Source: Candidatus Taylorbacteria bacterium RIFCSPLOWO2_01_FULL_45_15b | GTDB lineage: Bacteria; Patescibacteriota; Minisyncoccia; Phycocordibacterales; 01-FULL-45-15b | Assembly (NCBI GenBank): GCA_001822655.1 | Contig: MHRX01000010.1 | Span: 4,200 to 37,168, forward strand | Reading direction: 5' to 3' | Length of the DNA: 32,969 bases | In this document: in pieces, positions 8,000 to 16,909 of the stretch | How the letters are laid out: every line of letters begins with the position of its first letter | How positions within the stretch are numbered: position 1 is the first letter of the stretch | Notes under the pieces: generated by a model | Told to the model about the DNA's origin: nothing | Seen by the model: the letters and a program-made list of their open reading frames with translations, nothing else | Database searches by the model: none | Program-made: the position numbers and the translations under genes

Positions 8000-9091
8000 A
8001 TGACCTTAATTCTTTTCCTCATCGTTCTCGCAATTCTGGTTTTTGTCCACGAGGTGGGCCATTTTGTTGCGGCAAAAATTGCCCGCATGAGGGTGGATGA
8101 ATTCGGCATCGGTTTTCCTCCAACAATTGCAAGCGTTCAAAAAGGAGAAACGAAATACGCTCTAAATATCATACCGCTCGGCGGCTATGTAAAAATATTC
8201 GGCGAATCGCCATCCGAGAGCGAAGCGGGGAGCCTCACCGATTCACGCAGTTTCGTTTCAAAAAATCGCGGCCTACAAGCGATGGTGCTTATCGCGGGTA
8301 TTCTTTTTAATATGATTTTCGCCTGGGGACTCGTAAGTCTCGGCTTTATGACCGGTATGCCGACAGCCTCGGGTGGAGCACCAGTCACCGAACTCAAAAA
8401 TCCGCGCCTGCTTGTCATTAGCCTGTATCCCGAAGGCCCTGCAGAAATCGCGGGAATGAAAGTAGGGGACGAACTGACTTTTGTCGGCACACCGGCAGAA
8501 AGCGTGGCCGCTCTCGAGCCTCAACCCGTGCGTGAATTTATTTCAAGCCACCCGAACGAGCCGATATTATTTAAAGTAAAGAGGGGAGAAGAAATTAGGG
8601 ATATTTCCATCGAACCATCAACTACTTTGATTGGTGGACAGACGGTAGTAGGAATCTCAATGGATATTGTCGGCATTCAAAAACTTGCCCCTCACAAAGC
8701 TGTAATTGCGGGTTTTGCCATGACTGGAGACATTACCGTCGCGGTCGTAAAGGGGATTTACGGACTGATCCGAGACGCGATTCTTGGCCGCGCTGATTTC
8801 TCGCAAGTTGCCGGACCTGTCGGGATTGCTGGACTCGTAGGAGATGCATCACGCCTTGGGTTTGCATATCTCATTTCCTTCACAGCGCTAATTTCGATTA
8901 ATCTCGCGGTGCTAAATCTCGTGCCTTTTCCGGCACTCGACGGAGGGAGACTTTTGTTTGTCGCGATTGAGGCGATAACTCGCCGCAAAATTCCGCACAA
9001 AGTGGCAAATATTGCAAACACCATCGGTTTTTCACTTTTAATTCTACTTATGATAGTTATTACTTATAAGGATATTATTAAATTATTTTAA
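8000..9091 (+). CDS. rseP: RIP metalloprotease RseP (site-2 protease, M50)
   Basis: 363 aa. HEVGHF (HExxH) sits in the first TM segment, a PDZ-like middle region contains GMKVGD, and the motif NLVPFPALDGG is present. Confidence 0.9.
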   Translation: MTLILFLIVLAILVFVHEVGHFVAAKIARMRVDEFGIGFPPTIASVQKGETKYALNIIPLGGYVKIFGESPSESEAGSLTDSRSFVSKNRGLQAMVLIAGILFNMIFAWGLVSLGFMTGMPTASGGAPVTELKNPRLLVISLYPEGPAEIAGMKVGDELTFVGTPAESVAALEPQPVREFISSHPNEPILFKVKRGEEIRDISIEPSTTLIGGQTVVGISMDIVGIQKLAPHKAVIAGFAMTGDITVAVVKGIYGLIRDAILGRADFSQVAGPVGIAGLVGDASRLGFAYLISFTALISINLAVLNLVPFPALDGGRLLFVAIEAITRRKIPHKVANIANTIGFSLLILLMIVITYKDIIKLF

Positions 9092-9095
9092 GATC

Positions 9096-9380
9096 ATGAA
9101 ATTCGAGGCTCCCTACGCTTTTGAAAATAGCGACGCAGAAATATTAAAAACCATTAACGAAATCCAGATGGAGCTTATGAAACGGCTTTTCGGTTTTACG
9201 CCCTCTGATGAAGATCAAATGAAATGGGTAACGAAGTATTCAAAAATGTTTCGCGACATTGCGAATAGCCACCACGATATTATTCTTGATTATGCAATTG
9301 AAAATAAAAAAGAATCTGCTCTCGACCGCATTGAAGCACTCCTCTACAAACACGAGCAATTCGATACTTTGGAAGCTTAG
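9096..9380 (+). CDS. hypothetical protein
   Basis: A 94-aa ORF starting 4 nt after the rseP stop codon. No motif recognised. Confidence 0.45.
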   Translation: MKFEAPYAFENSDAEILKTINEIQMELMKRLFGFTPSDEDQMKWVTKYSKMFRDIANSHHDIILDYAIENKKESALDRIEALLYKHEQFDTLEA

Positions 9381-9632
9381 CAACGCTCTACCGCGTAATA
9401 AATTTCCCCGGTCTCTAATCCACGCCACAGGAAAACAGAAATCTCGCCTGCAATCAAAACACACTCACGACATACCGTAAGTAATCCATAACCAATACTA
9501 GCAGTCGAAATACATTGCATCCATCTATCTATTTATCTTACTATCTAGCTATATTCCACGATCGTAAATAATAGTTTGATTTTCAAATCGATCTGTACCA
9601 GCATGCAGGCGCCGGAAACTCTGCAAGGATGT

Positions 9633-9660
9633 ATAAAAAAACACCTCGCGGAAGAGGTGT
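9633..9660 (-). terminator. rho-independent terminator for the 224-aa minus-strand ORF
   Basis: On the minus strand: ACACCTC, loop TTCCGC, GAGGTGT, followed by T7 (plus-strand A-run 9634-9640). Confidence 0.65.
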
Positions 9661-9674
9661 AGAGTTGTGGCGCC

Positions 9675-10349
9675 TCACTCTCCATTTACGAGATTAAAGT
9701 GGGCGCTTTCGAAAGTTAGGCTGGAGAGCGCGAGTTTCTCGACCAAATATTCAGCGACCTTTTTTGAAAATGCCGCCTGCTGATCGGGGTCGAGAGGATT
9801 GTAGAGCTTCGCAAGCTCCTTGCTTTCGGCTTCATTGAAGTTGTATAGATGGAACCGAAGAAATGTCTCCGCGTCGCCGAATCGCGAATCACCTATCACC
9901 ACCTTTTCAAATGCACGCCATCCTGCGACAGTATAAGGCGATCTCACTTTCACACCATAATCAATCCTGCGGACTTTGGGGTTTTCCGTTATCGGCTCGA
10001 CCCGCATCACGACGTTGAATGCTGTATTCGTGAGTACATACATGTCAAGTCCGGCAAAGTCACTGCGCCGCCAAATAGGGATCATGACGAAGGAATCATA
10101 ACGCCGCACCTCTTCTCCTGTTCCGGCCTTAACCACAATAGTCCCTTTTTTTATTCGATCGAACGCGGTGATCAAGCCTGTCACGAGAAGTATAAATGAC
10201 AGAAACGAGAGCAAGATGCGCTTCCCGATTTTGTCGTCGCGATCGTCCGGCCGCCAAGTGATGCATTTCACCAAACCCCAAAGACACAGGATCGCAACCA
10301 CCCCAAACACCGCAGACCATCCGTATGAATGAAAATGAAACTGTCCCAT
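9675..10349 (-). CDS. hypothetical membrane protein
   Basis: 224 aa with two N-terminal hydrophobic segments (WSAVFGVVAILCLWGLV and ILLSFLSFILLVTGLITAF) and a soluble C-terminal domain. It has its own terminator. Confidence 0.55.
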   Translation of the reverse strand: MGQFHFHSYGWSAVFGVVAILCLWGLVKCITWRPDDRDDKIGKRILLSFLSFILLVTGLITAFDRIKKGTIVVKAGTGEEVRRYDSFVMIPIWRRSDFAGLDMYVLTNTAFNVVMRVEPITENPKVRRIDYGVKVRSPYTVAGWRAFEKVVIGDSRFGDAETFLRFHLYNFNEAESKELAKLYNPLDPDQQAAFSKKVAEYLVEKLALSSLTFESAHFNLVNGE

Positions 10350-10456
10350 AATTTGCCTTTATTTGTTGAAGAACACTTGTTTATACACTATATATTTTTT
10401 AACGTTTCGTCAAGTACTGTAAGGAAGTGCGCTCCTGTATGATAGAATTCACTTCC

Positions 10457-11713
10457 ATGAGACAATCTCAACTATTTTCAAAAACGAGACGCGAGGCTCC
10501 AAAGGATGAAGTGGCAAAAAATGCAGAGCTTCTGATTCGTGGCGGGTATATTCATAAGGAAATGGCGGGAGTGTATTCTTTCTTGCCGCTCGGACTCATC
10601 GTCCTCAATAAAATCATTCAAATTATCCGGGAGGAAATGAATGAAATAGGAGGGGAGGAGATCTTGCTTGCGTCTCTCCAACAAAAGGATACCTGGCAGA
10701 CAACAGACCGGTGGGACGATAAGAAAGTTGATAATTGGTTCAAAACGAAATTAAAAAACGATACTGAATTGGGACTTGGCTTCACGCACGAAGAACCATT
10801 GACCGCGCTTATGCGAGAGCACATCCGCTCTTACAAAGACCTACCGCGATACGCATATCAATTCCAGACAAAATTCCGCAACGAGACGAGAGCAAAGAGC
10901 GGCATCATGCGAAGCCGCGAATTCATCATGAAAGATTTGTATTCATTTTCGAAGAGCCAAAAAGAGCACGACGAGTTTTATGAAAAAGCCAAAGAAAGCT
11001 ACATTACAATTTTTCAAAGAATAGGAATCGGGGAGAAAACATATGTAACCTTCGCGTCCGGCGGATCATTCTCAAAATTCTCGCACGAATTCCAAACAAT
11101 AACTGACGCGGGGGAAGATATTATTTATATTTCGGACGAAAAGAAAATAGCACTGAATAAAGAGGTGATGAATGACGAAGGACTTGCCGCAGTCGGAGTC
11201 AAAAAAGAAGATTTGCGCGAAGCAAAGGCAGTAGAGGTCGGGAATATATTCAGCCTTGGAACGCGGTTTTCAGAGGCGATTGGACTTACGTACGTCGCTC
11301 TGGACGGATCAAAGAAACCGGTCATTATGGGAAGCTACGGAATCGGGCCGGCACGATTGATGGGAACCGTTGTCGAGCTTTTTTCAGACGATGCCGGAAT
11401 CGTCTGGCCAAAATCAATCGCTCCGTTTGATATACATTTAATAGAAGTTCCGTGCGACGAGTCGACAAATAAAGCCGCGACGAAATTGTACGAAAATCTA
11501 AAGAAAGCGGGCGTTAGCGTTCTTTACGATGACCGCGACGCACGGGCAGGGGAGAAATTTAGCGATTCGGATTTAATTGGAATTCCTACACGCATCGTCA
11601 TCAGCAAGAAAACAATTGAAGAGGGGATGCTTGAGGTAAAGTCGAGAGCAAAGGGGCACGTCACAAAAATGACAGAATCGCAATTAGTTGCAAGCATAAA
11701 AAAAGCGCAGTGA
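10457..11713 (+). CDS. proS: proline--tRNA ligase (short form, no INS editing domain)
   Basis: The N-terminus MRQSQLFSKTRREAPKDEV matches the ProRS start, so I prefer the ATG at 10457 over the track's GTG at 10427. Class II motifs FRNETRAKSGIMRSREFIMKD and GSYGIGPARL are present, with an anticodon-binding C-terminus. Confidence 0.9.
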   Translation: MRQSQLFSKTRREAPKDEVAKNAELLIRGGYIHKEMAGVYSFLPLGLIVLNKIIQIIREEMNEIGGEEILLASLQQKDTWQTTDRWDDKKVDNWFKTKLKNDTELGLGFTHEEPLTALMREHIRSYKDLPRYAYQFQTKFRNETRAKSGIMRSREFIMKDLYSFSKSQKEHDEFYEKAKESYITIFQRIGIGEKTYVTFASGGSFSKFSHEFQTITDAGEDIIYISDEKKIALNKEVMNDEGLAAVGVKKEDLREAKAVEVGNIFSLGTRFSEAIGLTYVALDGSKKPVIMGSYGIGPARLMGTVVELFSDDAGIVWPKSIAPFDIHLIEVPCDESTNKAATKLYENLKKAGVSVLYDDRDARAGEKFSDSDLIGIPTRIVISKKTIEEGMLEVKSRAKGHVTKMTESQLVASIKKAQ

Positions 11714-12771
11714 AAAAATATCTTGAAAAATTTTACCGACTGGCATCCAATGACATAGGCATAGATCTCGGTACCGCTAATACACTCGTATATCTAAAGG
11801 GGAAAGGCATCGTATTAAATGAACCTTCGGTCGTCGCGGTCAATGAAAAGACCGGGCGCATTGTTGCGGTTGGGGCACAGGCCAAACAAATGCTTGGCCG
11901 CACGCCCGGCCACATTAAAGCTGTTAAGCCCCTTGTGGACGGAGTCATATCTGATTTCGAGGTTACCGAGGAGATGATCTCTCACCTTTTGAGGCAGGCA
12001 GGCAGGAATTCCAAAAAACTTCTCGGTCCGCGAGTGGTCATAGGCGTTCCATACGGCATCACCAATGTTGAATCACGGGCAGTCAGAGATGCGACGCGGA
12101 ATGCCGGGGCCCGCGAAGTGCATATCATAGAGGAACCGATGGCGGCGGCGCTTGGCGTCCGACTTCCAATCAAGGAACCTGTCGGAAATATGATTATTGA
12201 TATCGGCGGGGGAACTTCAGACATTGCGGTTATATCGCTTGGGGGAATCGTGCGGGCAAAGACGCTAAAAAGCGCCGGAGTTAAGCTAAACGAAGACATT
12301 ATTGCCTACGTTCGAGGTGAATTCAAAATTTTGATTGGCGAGAAGACCGCGGAGGACATAAAAATCAGTATAGGTTCGGTCATACCAATGGAAGCCATGG
12401 AGTCCACGATCAAGGGCCGCGATCTTGTTACCGGACTTCCAAGAGAAGTTGTGCTTACTGATTCGGATATTCGAGAAGCAATAGCGCAGTCTGTTGATCT
12501 TCTCATTGATTCCGTGAAAGAAGTCCTGGAGACGACACCGCCAGAGATCGTGTCTGACATTATGCAACGCGGGATTCACGTTGTCGGCGGAGGAGCGCTT
12601 ATAAGAGGAATGAAAGAGTTGCTCGAAGAATCAATCAAGATACCAATCCATATGCCGAGCGATCCGCTTACCGCAGTCGCGCGGGGAGCTGGGATTGTTC
12701 TTGAAAATATCGAAAACTATAGAGACGTGCTAATTCAAAGTGATGATGACTTACCTCCGCAGACCACATAA
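11710..12771 (+). CDS. mreB: rod shape-determining protein MreB (operon copy)
   Basis: 353 aa. It has NDIGIDLGTANTLVY, IDIGGGTSDIAVISLGG and HVVGGGALIRG. The GTG start overlaps the proS stop codon (GTGA). Confidence 0.92.
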   Translation: MKKYLEKFYRLASNDIGIDLGTANTLVYLKGKGIVLNEPSVVAVNEKTGRIVAVGAQAKQMLGRTPGHIKAVKPLVDGVISDFEVTEEMISHLLRQAGRNSKKLLGPRVVIGVPYGITNVESRAVRDATRNAGAREVHIIEEPMAAALGVRLPIKEPVGNMIIDIGGGTSDIAVISLGGIVRAKTLKSAGVKLNEDIIAYVRGEFKILIGEKTAEDIKISIGSVIPMEAMESTIKGRDLVTGLPREVVLTDSDIREAIAQSVDLLIDSVKEVLETTPPEIVSDIMQRGIHVVGGGALIRGMKELLEESIKIPIHMPSDPLTAVARGAGIVLENIENYRDVLIQSDDDLPPQTT

Positions 12772-13546
12772 ACAAAATACGTCTCATGCGATTTTATGGT
12801 GGACTGTCCTTGTTCTCGCGATGATCATCGTTACTCTTAATTTCTCTTCCTGGACGATTCCAATCGGACAGCGCTTTGCGCAAGTGGCGTGGAAACTGGC
12901 TCGCCCGATACGCACTGCGACAGCCGCCGTTACGCTACCGTTTACGTCAAAAAACGCACTCCTTTCGGAAAATGCGAAACTTAAACGCTCTATTCAACTA
13001 TTTACAAATGAAAAAAATCGAATTGCCGTAATCGAAGAAGAAAATAAAGTGCTTCGCGACGTCTTCAGTAGAAGCATTGACAGATCATTTGTTGCGTCAT
13101 ACATGCTAAGAAACGGGGGGAGCGCGCCATATGATGTCATAGTCCTCGATGCAGGAGCGCGGGAGGGAATTCAAACGGGAGATCGCGTTTTTAGCGATAG
13201 TGTGACCGCCATCGGTGTTATTACCAGAGTCTTCGACACAACATCATTTGTGTCGCTCTTCTCTTCACCGACTGTTACGACTACATGCATCCTTGGAGCA
13301 GAGGGTGTGGTTCTTGAATGTGTCGGCCAGGGTTCCGGAAACTACGAAATAAAAGTGCCGCGAGATATTGATGTGGCGATAGGTGACGCCGTGTTTCTAC
13401 CGGGAATTCGACATGATATCCTCGGAATGATTGACGAAATCATTGACGGCGGGCTTGCTCAATCTGTGAAAACTCTTCTCTTTCGCGCTCCAGTACAAGT
13501 TGAAAAAGAGTCCATTCTCCTCATTGAGGCCGAACACTCGCAATGA
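12740..13546 (+). CDS. mreC: rod shape-determining protein MreC
   Basis: 268 aa with an N-terminal TM segment, a coiled-coil (ENAKLKRSIQL...EENKVLRD) and a beta-rich C-terminal domain. It sits directly after mreB. Confidence 0.7.
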   Translation: MMMTYLRRPHKQNTSHAILWWTVLVLAMIIVTLNFSSWTIPIGQRFAQVAWKLARPIRTATAAVTLPFTSKNALLSENAKLKRSIQLFTNEKNRIAVIEEENKVLRDVFSRSIDRSFVASYMLRNGGSAPYDVIVLDAGAREGIQTGDRVFSDSVTAIGVITRVFDTTSFVSLFSSPTVTTTCILGAEGVVLECVGQGSGNYEIKVPRDIDVAIGDAVFLPGIRHDILGMIDEIIDGGLAQSVKTLLFRAPVQVEKESILLIEAEHSQ

Positions 13547-13824
13547 AAGAGAGAATTATTTTTAACGTAATCCTTCTTCTTTCTTGCCTTTTTACTCCGT
13601 GGTGGTTTGTCGCCTTGGTCATGGTGATCGGAATGATCATATTCGAAGCATATGTGGAAGGAATCTTTGGAGCTGTCTTTACGGACATTTTGCTCGGCGG
13701 ATCAAATTGGTCTATTTTTTTCGGCATTAATTTTCTACTATCAATAGGAGCGATCTTGTTTTATATTTTCGCATTCTATCTCCGAAGGCGTCTTTTCTTT
13801 GTGTCGGACAAGGGGCGTTTCTAG
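13543..13824 (+). CDS. mreD: MreD-like small membrane protein
   Basis: 93 aa and entirely hydrophobic (about 3 TM segments). Its ATGA overlaps the mreC stop codon. The call rests on position between mreC and mrdA, and the protein is shorter than typical MreD. Confidence 0.45.
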   Translation: MKERIIFNVILLLSCLFTPWWFVALVMVIGMIIFEAYVEGIFGAVFTDILLGGSNWSIFFGINFLLSIGAILFYIFAFYLRRRLFFVSDKGRF

Positions 13825-13869
13825 AACTCAAAACTTCCCCGGGATTCCCAATGGCCGTATAATATATGA

Positions 13870-15573
13870 ATGCGGAAGCGTAGAATACTCGATTTCTTCA
13901 CAAAGAAAACCGATCAGCGGTCATCGGAAATTTTTCCTGAAGAGATTTTTCTCGACTCGACGAATCTGCCCTCATTTGACATTCATCAATTTGAAGGGCG
14001 TATGGAAAAGCCGATATCAAAAGGTGTCTTTATTGTCGCCGGATTATTTTTTTTTCTAATCGGCGTTGGATACCTCGTAAAAGTCGCCGACCTCCAGATA
14101 GTCGAGGGATCATCTTTCAGCGCGCGTAGCACCAACAACCGACTACAGCACGAGTTATTTTTCGCGGAACGCGGCGTGATTACGGACCGAAACGGCGTCC
14201 TGCTTGCATGGAACGGCCCCAACAAAGCTAGCCCGGAATTCTCAAGGCGAGAGTACACGGCTATTGCAGGGCATGCGCACGTCCTCGGATATGTTAGATA
14301 TCCAGCAATCGACGCGAACGGATTTTATTACGAAACGGAATACAAAGGGGTAACGGGAGTAGAGGAATTCTATAATTCCTATCTATCCGGAAAAAACGGA
14401 CTTAAGATAATCGAGACGACAGCACTCGGAGACATCACATCGGAAAATGCGATCACGCCGGCGGAACATGGAGAAACATTGCGACTCTCAATTGATTCGG
14501 AGTTTCAAGAAAAATTTTACGACATCATACGCGAACTCTCAAATGATGTCGGTTTTCTGGGCGGCGCGGCCGCACTCATGAATTTGAAGACGGGGGAAAT
14601 TCTCGCGATGACAAGTTACCCGGAGTACAGCCCCGATCTTCTCACCAACGGCGCCGACAATGAACAGATCACCGTGGCATTGAATGCCCCCGGCACTCCG
14701 TTTTTAAATCGTATTACGAGCGGGCTGTACACGCCGGGATCAATAATGAAAGCGTACGTCGCGCTCGGCGCATTAAATGAAAAGATAATTTCACCAGATC
14801 GTCAAATTCTAAGCACAGGCTCTCTTGTTATTCCAAATATTTACGACAGTGAAAACGCTTCTGTGTTCAACGACTGGAAAGCGCACGGCTACGTGGACAT
14901 GCGTCGAGCCCTCGCAGTATCGTCAAATGTTTATTTTTATGAAATCGGCGGGGGATACAAGGACCAGGCCGGTCTCGGCATAACAAACATCGAAAAATAC
15001 TTTAGAATGTTTGGTTTTGGATCGCCTGTCGAAGCCGAATTTTTCAGGGGGCCTTCGGGAACAATACCGAACCCGTCGTGGAAACGCTCAACCTTTGAAG
15101 ACGATTGGCGACTCGGCGACACTTACAACACGGCGATAGGGCAATATGGCGTGCAAGTCGTACCAATGCAGGCGCTCATTGGCGTCGCGACGATTGCAAA
15201 CGAGGGTGTCGTACCGGTTCCGACTATTATAAAAACCGACGCGCCGTTGTTCGGAAAACCAGTCGATATCCCTCGAGAATATTTCGAGGTAGTAAAGGAG
15301 GGTATGAGGCAAGGAGTACTCGAGGGCACCGCCGCCGCACTCAATGTCTCGGGCCTCAATATCGCCGCCAAAACAGGAACAGCGGAGATAGGGTCATTGA
15401 AACAATACGTAAATTCCTGGGTTACAGGTTTCCTGCCGTACGATGATCCTAAGTACGCATTCGTGGTGGTTATGGAAAAGGGGCGGCGTTCAAACTTGAT
15501 CGGCGCGCCGGCTGTGGCCAGACAATTTTTTGAATGGATGGCGATCAACCGCTGGGAAGAATTTGTCAAATAG
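13870..15573 (+). CDS. mrdA: penicillin-binding protein 2 (elongasome transpeptidase)
   Basis: 567 aa with an N-terminal TM segment. The motifs SxxK (GSIMK), SxN (SSNVYF) and KTG (AKTGTAE) are present, and the gene follows mreBCD. Confidence 0.88.
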   Translation: MRKRRILDFFTKKTDQRSSEIFPEEIFLDSTNLPSFDIHQFEGRMEKPISKGVFIVAGLFFFLIGVGYLVKVADLQIVEGSSFSARSTNNRLQHELFFAERGVITDRNGVLLAWNGPNKASPEFSRREYTAIAGHAHVLGYVRYPAIDANGFYYETEYKGVTGVEEFYNSYLSGKNGLKIIETTALGDITSENAITPAEHGETLRLSIDSEFQEKFYDIIRELSNDVGFLGGAAALMNLKTGEILAMTSYPEYSPDLLTNGADNEQITVALNAPGTPFLNRITSGLYTPGSIMKAYVALGALNEKIISPDRQILSTGSLVIPNIYDSENASVFNDWKAHGYVDMRRALAVSSNVYFYEIGGGYKDQAGLGITNIEKYFRMFGFGSPVEAEFFRGPSGTIPNPSWKRSTFEDDWRLGDTYNTAIGQYGVQVVPMQALIGVATIANEGVVPVPTIIKTDAPLFGKPVDIPREYFEVVKEGMRQGVLEGTAAALNVSGLNIAAKTGTAEIGSLKQYVNSWVTGFLPYDDPKYAFVVVMEKGRRSNLIGAPAVARQFFEWMAINRWEEFVK

Positions 15574-15660
15574 TTGGTTAGTTTATAAGTTTATTAGTTA
15601 AGCATCGCTTTAGTTGAAATTTACCTTCCTTACTAAACAAACCTCTTCACTTCTTAACTC
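15574..15660. repeat. GTTAGTT-word hairpin spacer (copy a)
   Basis: It starts right after the mrdA stop codon. It contains AGTTTATTAGTTA (15588-15600), which is identical to 19248-19260. The right arm CTTACTAAACAAACC (15629-15643) is the imperfect complement. Confidence 0.7.
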
Positions 15661-15900
15661 TGCTGGGCTCTAAGTTGCTATTTGGTAAAAATGGTGCTGG
15701 GTATATTATCTGCTTTCCGTGTCATCATGGAGAGAGCGTTGGGGCATTTGCGGGCAGGTAATAGACAGATGTCTGACGGCGCGCATACGGAACTCTTGTC
15801 ACTTTCGTACCATCGCCCATTGTGATTGCTTGAAGAAAAATCTGCGTCATTATGGAGGCGGCAAATTGTGAGTGATACCGCATAATTTCGGCGCAAACTT

Positions 15901-15935
15901 TTTTACATTTTACATTTTACACTTTACGCTTTACA
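15901..15935. repeat. 7-bp tandem repeat, 5 units
   Basis: The units read directly as TTTTACA, TTTTACA, TTTTACA, CTTTACG, CTTTACA. Confidence 0.85.
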
Positions 15936-15944
15936 AAGATTCAC

Positions 15945-15984
15945 CAACTACACTATCTTCGCCATGGCGAATATAGTGTAGTTG
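15945..15984. repeat. 40-bp near-perfect palindrome
   Basis: The sequence is CAACTACACTATCTTCGCC ATGGCGAATATAGTGTAGTTG. 19 of 20 position pairs are complementary (the single mismatch is 15957/15972). Confidence 0.85.
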
Positions 15985-16369
15985 AGTGTCAAGAATCTCT
16001 CGATATAAGAGGTTTTTGAGATGGCTTCTAATTTCAAGTTACCAGTTTCTCGCCACAAGTGACATAAACCGTCTTTTTCTAGAGACGAATGGCTGGAATC
16101 TACAAAACCACTTCATCCATTGCGCTAAACGAAAAATGCCGTATACTGGAACCCATCTTAAAATAGATGGCGTTGCGAGATTGTTTTTTTATCGAGTGAA
16201 ACGACGGAGTACAATAAAAGCCATTCCATAATATCCGTCGAGGACAAGCACCAAGCCATGATCGAGAAAAAACAGTCGCGGTAGCCAAGCGAGATTTATA
16301 TTATTTTAACAGTCTCTCTGCGATTTATTTTATGATAAGTTCTAACTGAACAATTAACGACACAACTTT

Positions 16370-16837
16370 ATGGGAGAAAAAAAGGAGTATCTTACAAAAG
16401 AAAAATTTAACGAACTTTCAGCAGAATTGGATCATCTGCGAAAAACTAAGCGAAAGGAGGTGGCGGAAGAGCTTGAATATGCAAAATCAATGGGCGACCT
16501 CTCGGAAAATGCCGAATACCATGAAGCGCGAGAAGCCCAAGCAAGCGTCGAGGAGAGGATATCAAAACTTGAAAATATCTTGAAGAACGCGACGATAATG
16601 GAGCATCACCACACGGAGGCGGTCGGCATCGGCTCTTCGGTAAAAGTCGAGAAAGGGGGCGATGGAAAAATTTACGCTTTCGAGATGGTGGGTTCCGAGG
16701 AAGTTGATGTAACGCAAGGCAAGCTCTCCATTCACTCGCCGCTTGGACAAGCAATGCTCGGAAAAAAGAAAGGTGAAACTTTTTCATTTGTCTCTCCAAA
16801 AGGCGCGATGAAATATAAAATTGTTGACCTCGAGTAA
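16370..16837 (+). CDS. greA: transcription elongation factor GreA
   Basis: 155 aa. It has the N-terminal coiled-coil with the acidic tip (GDLSENAEYHEAREAQ) and a C-terminal FKBP-like domain ending in SPLGQAMLGKKKGE. Confidence 0.93.
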   Translation: MGEKKEYLTKEKFNELSAELDHLRKTKRKEVAEELEYAKSMGDLSENAEYHEAREAQASVEERISKLENILKNATIMEHHHTEAVGIGSSVKVEKGGDGKIYAFEMVGSEEVDVTQGKLSIHSPLGQAMLGKKKGETFSFVSPKGAMKYKIVDLE

Positions 16838-16909
16838 AAGCGCCAAACCGCCTCTTTAATAATACTTGCAACTTCGCGGGAATATTAAAAACCGTGATAA
16901 TGTATATAC

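Noticed and set aside
15123-15569. A 148-aa minus-strand ORF. Similar antisense ORFs are 2825..3298, 16446..16943, 26532..26999, 26506..26886, 30666..31022 and 29576..29920.
   Set aside because: Each lies inside a longer ORF on the opposite strand that carries recognisable catalytic motifs (PBP2, MurA, GreA, GT2, CYTH fusion, IMPase-like). No independent support.
15574-16369. A rodA pseudogene after mrdA.
   Set aside because: None of the six frames gives the long hydrophobic stretches expected of a SEDS protein, and stop codons are frequent. At 800 bp the gap is also shorter than rodA. I reported it only as an unexplained desert.
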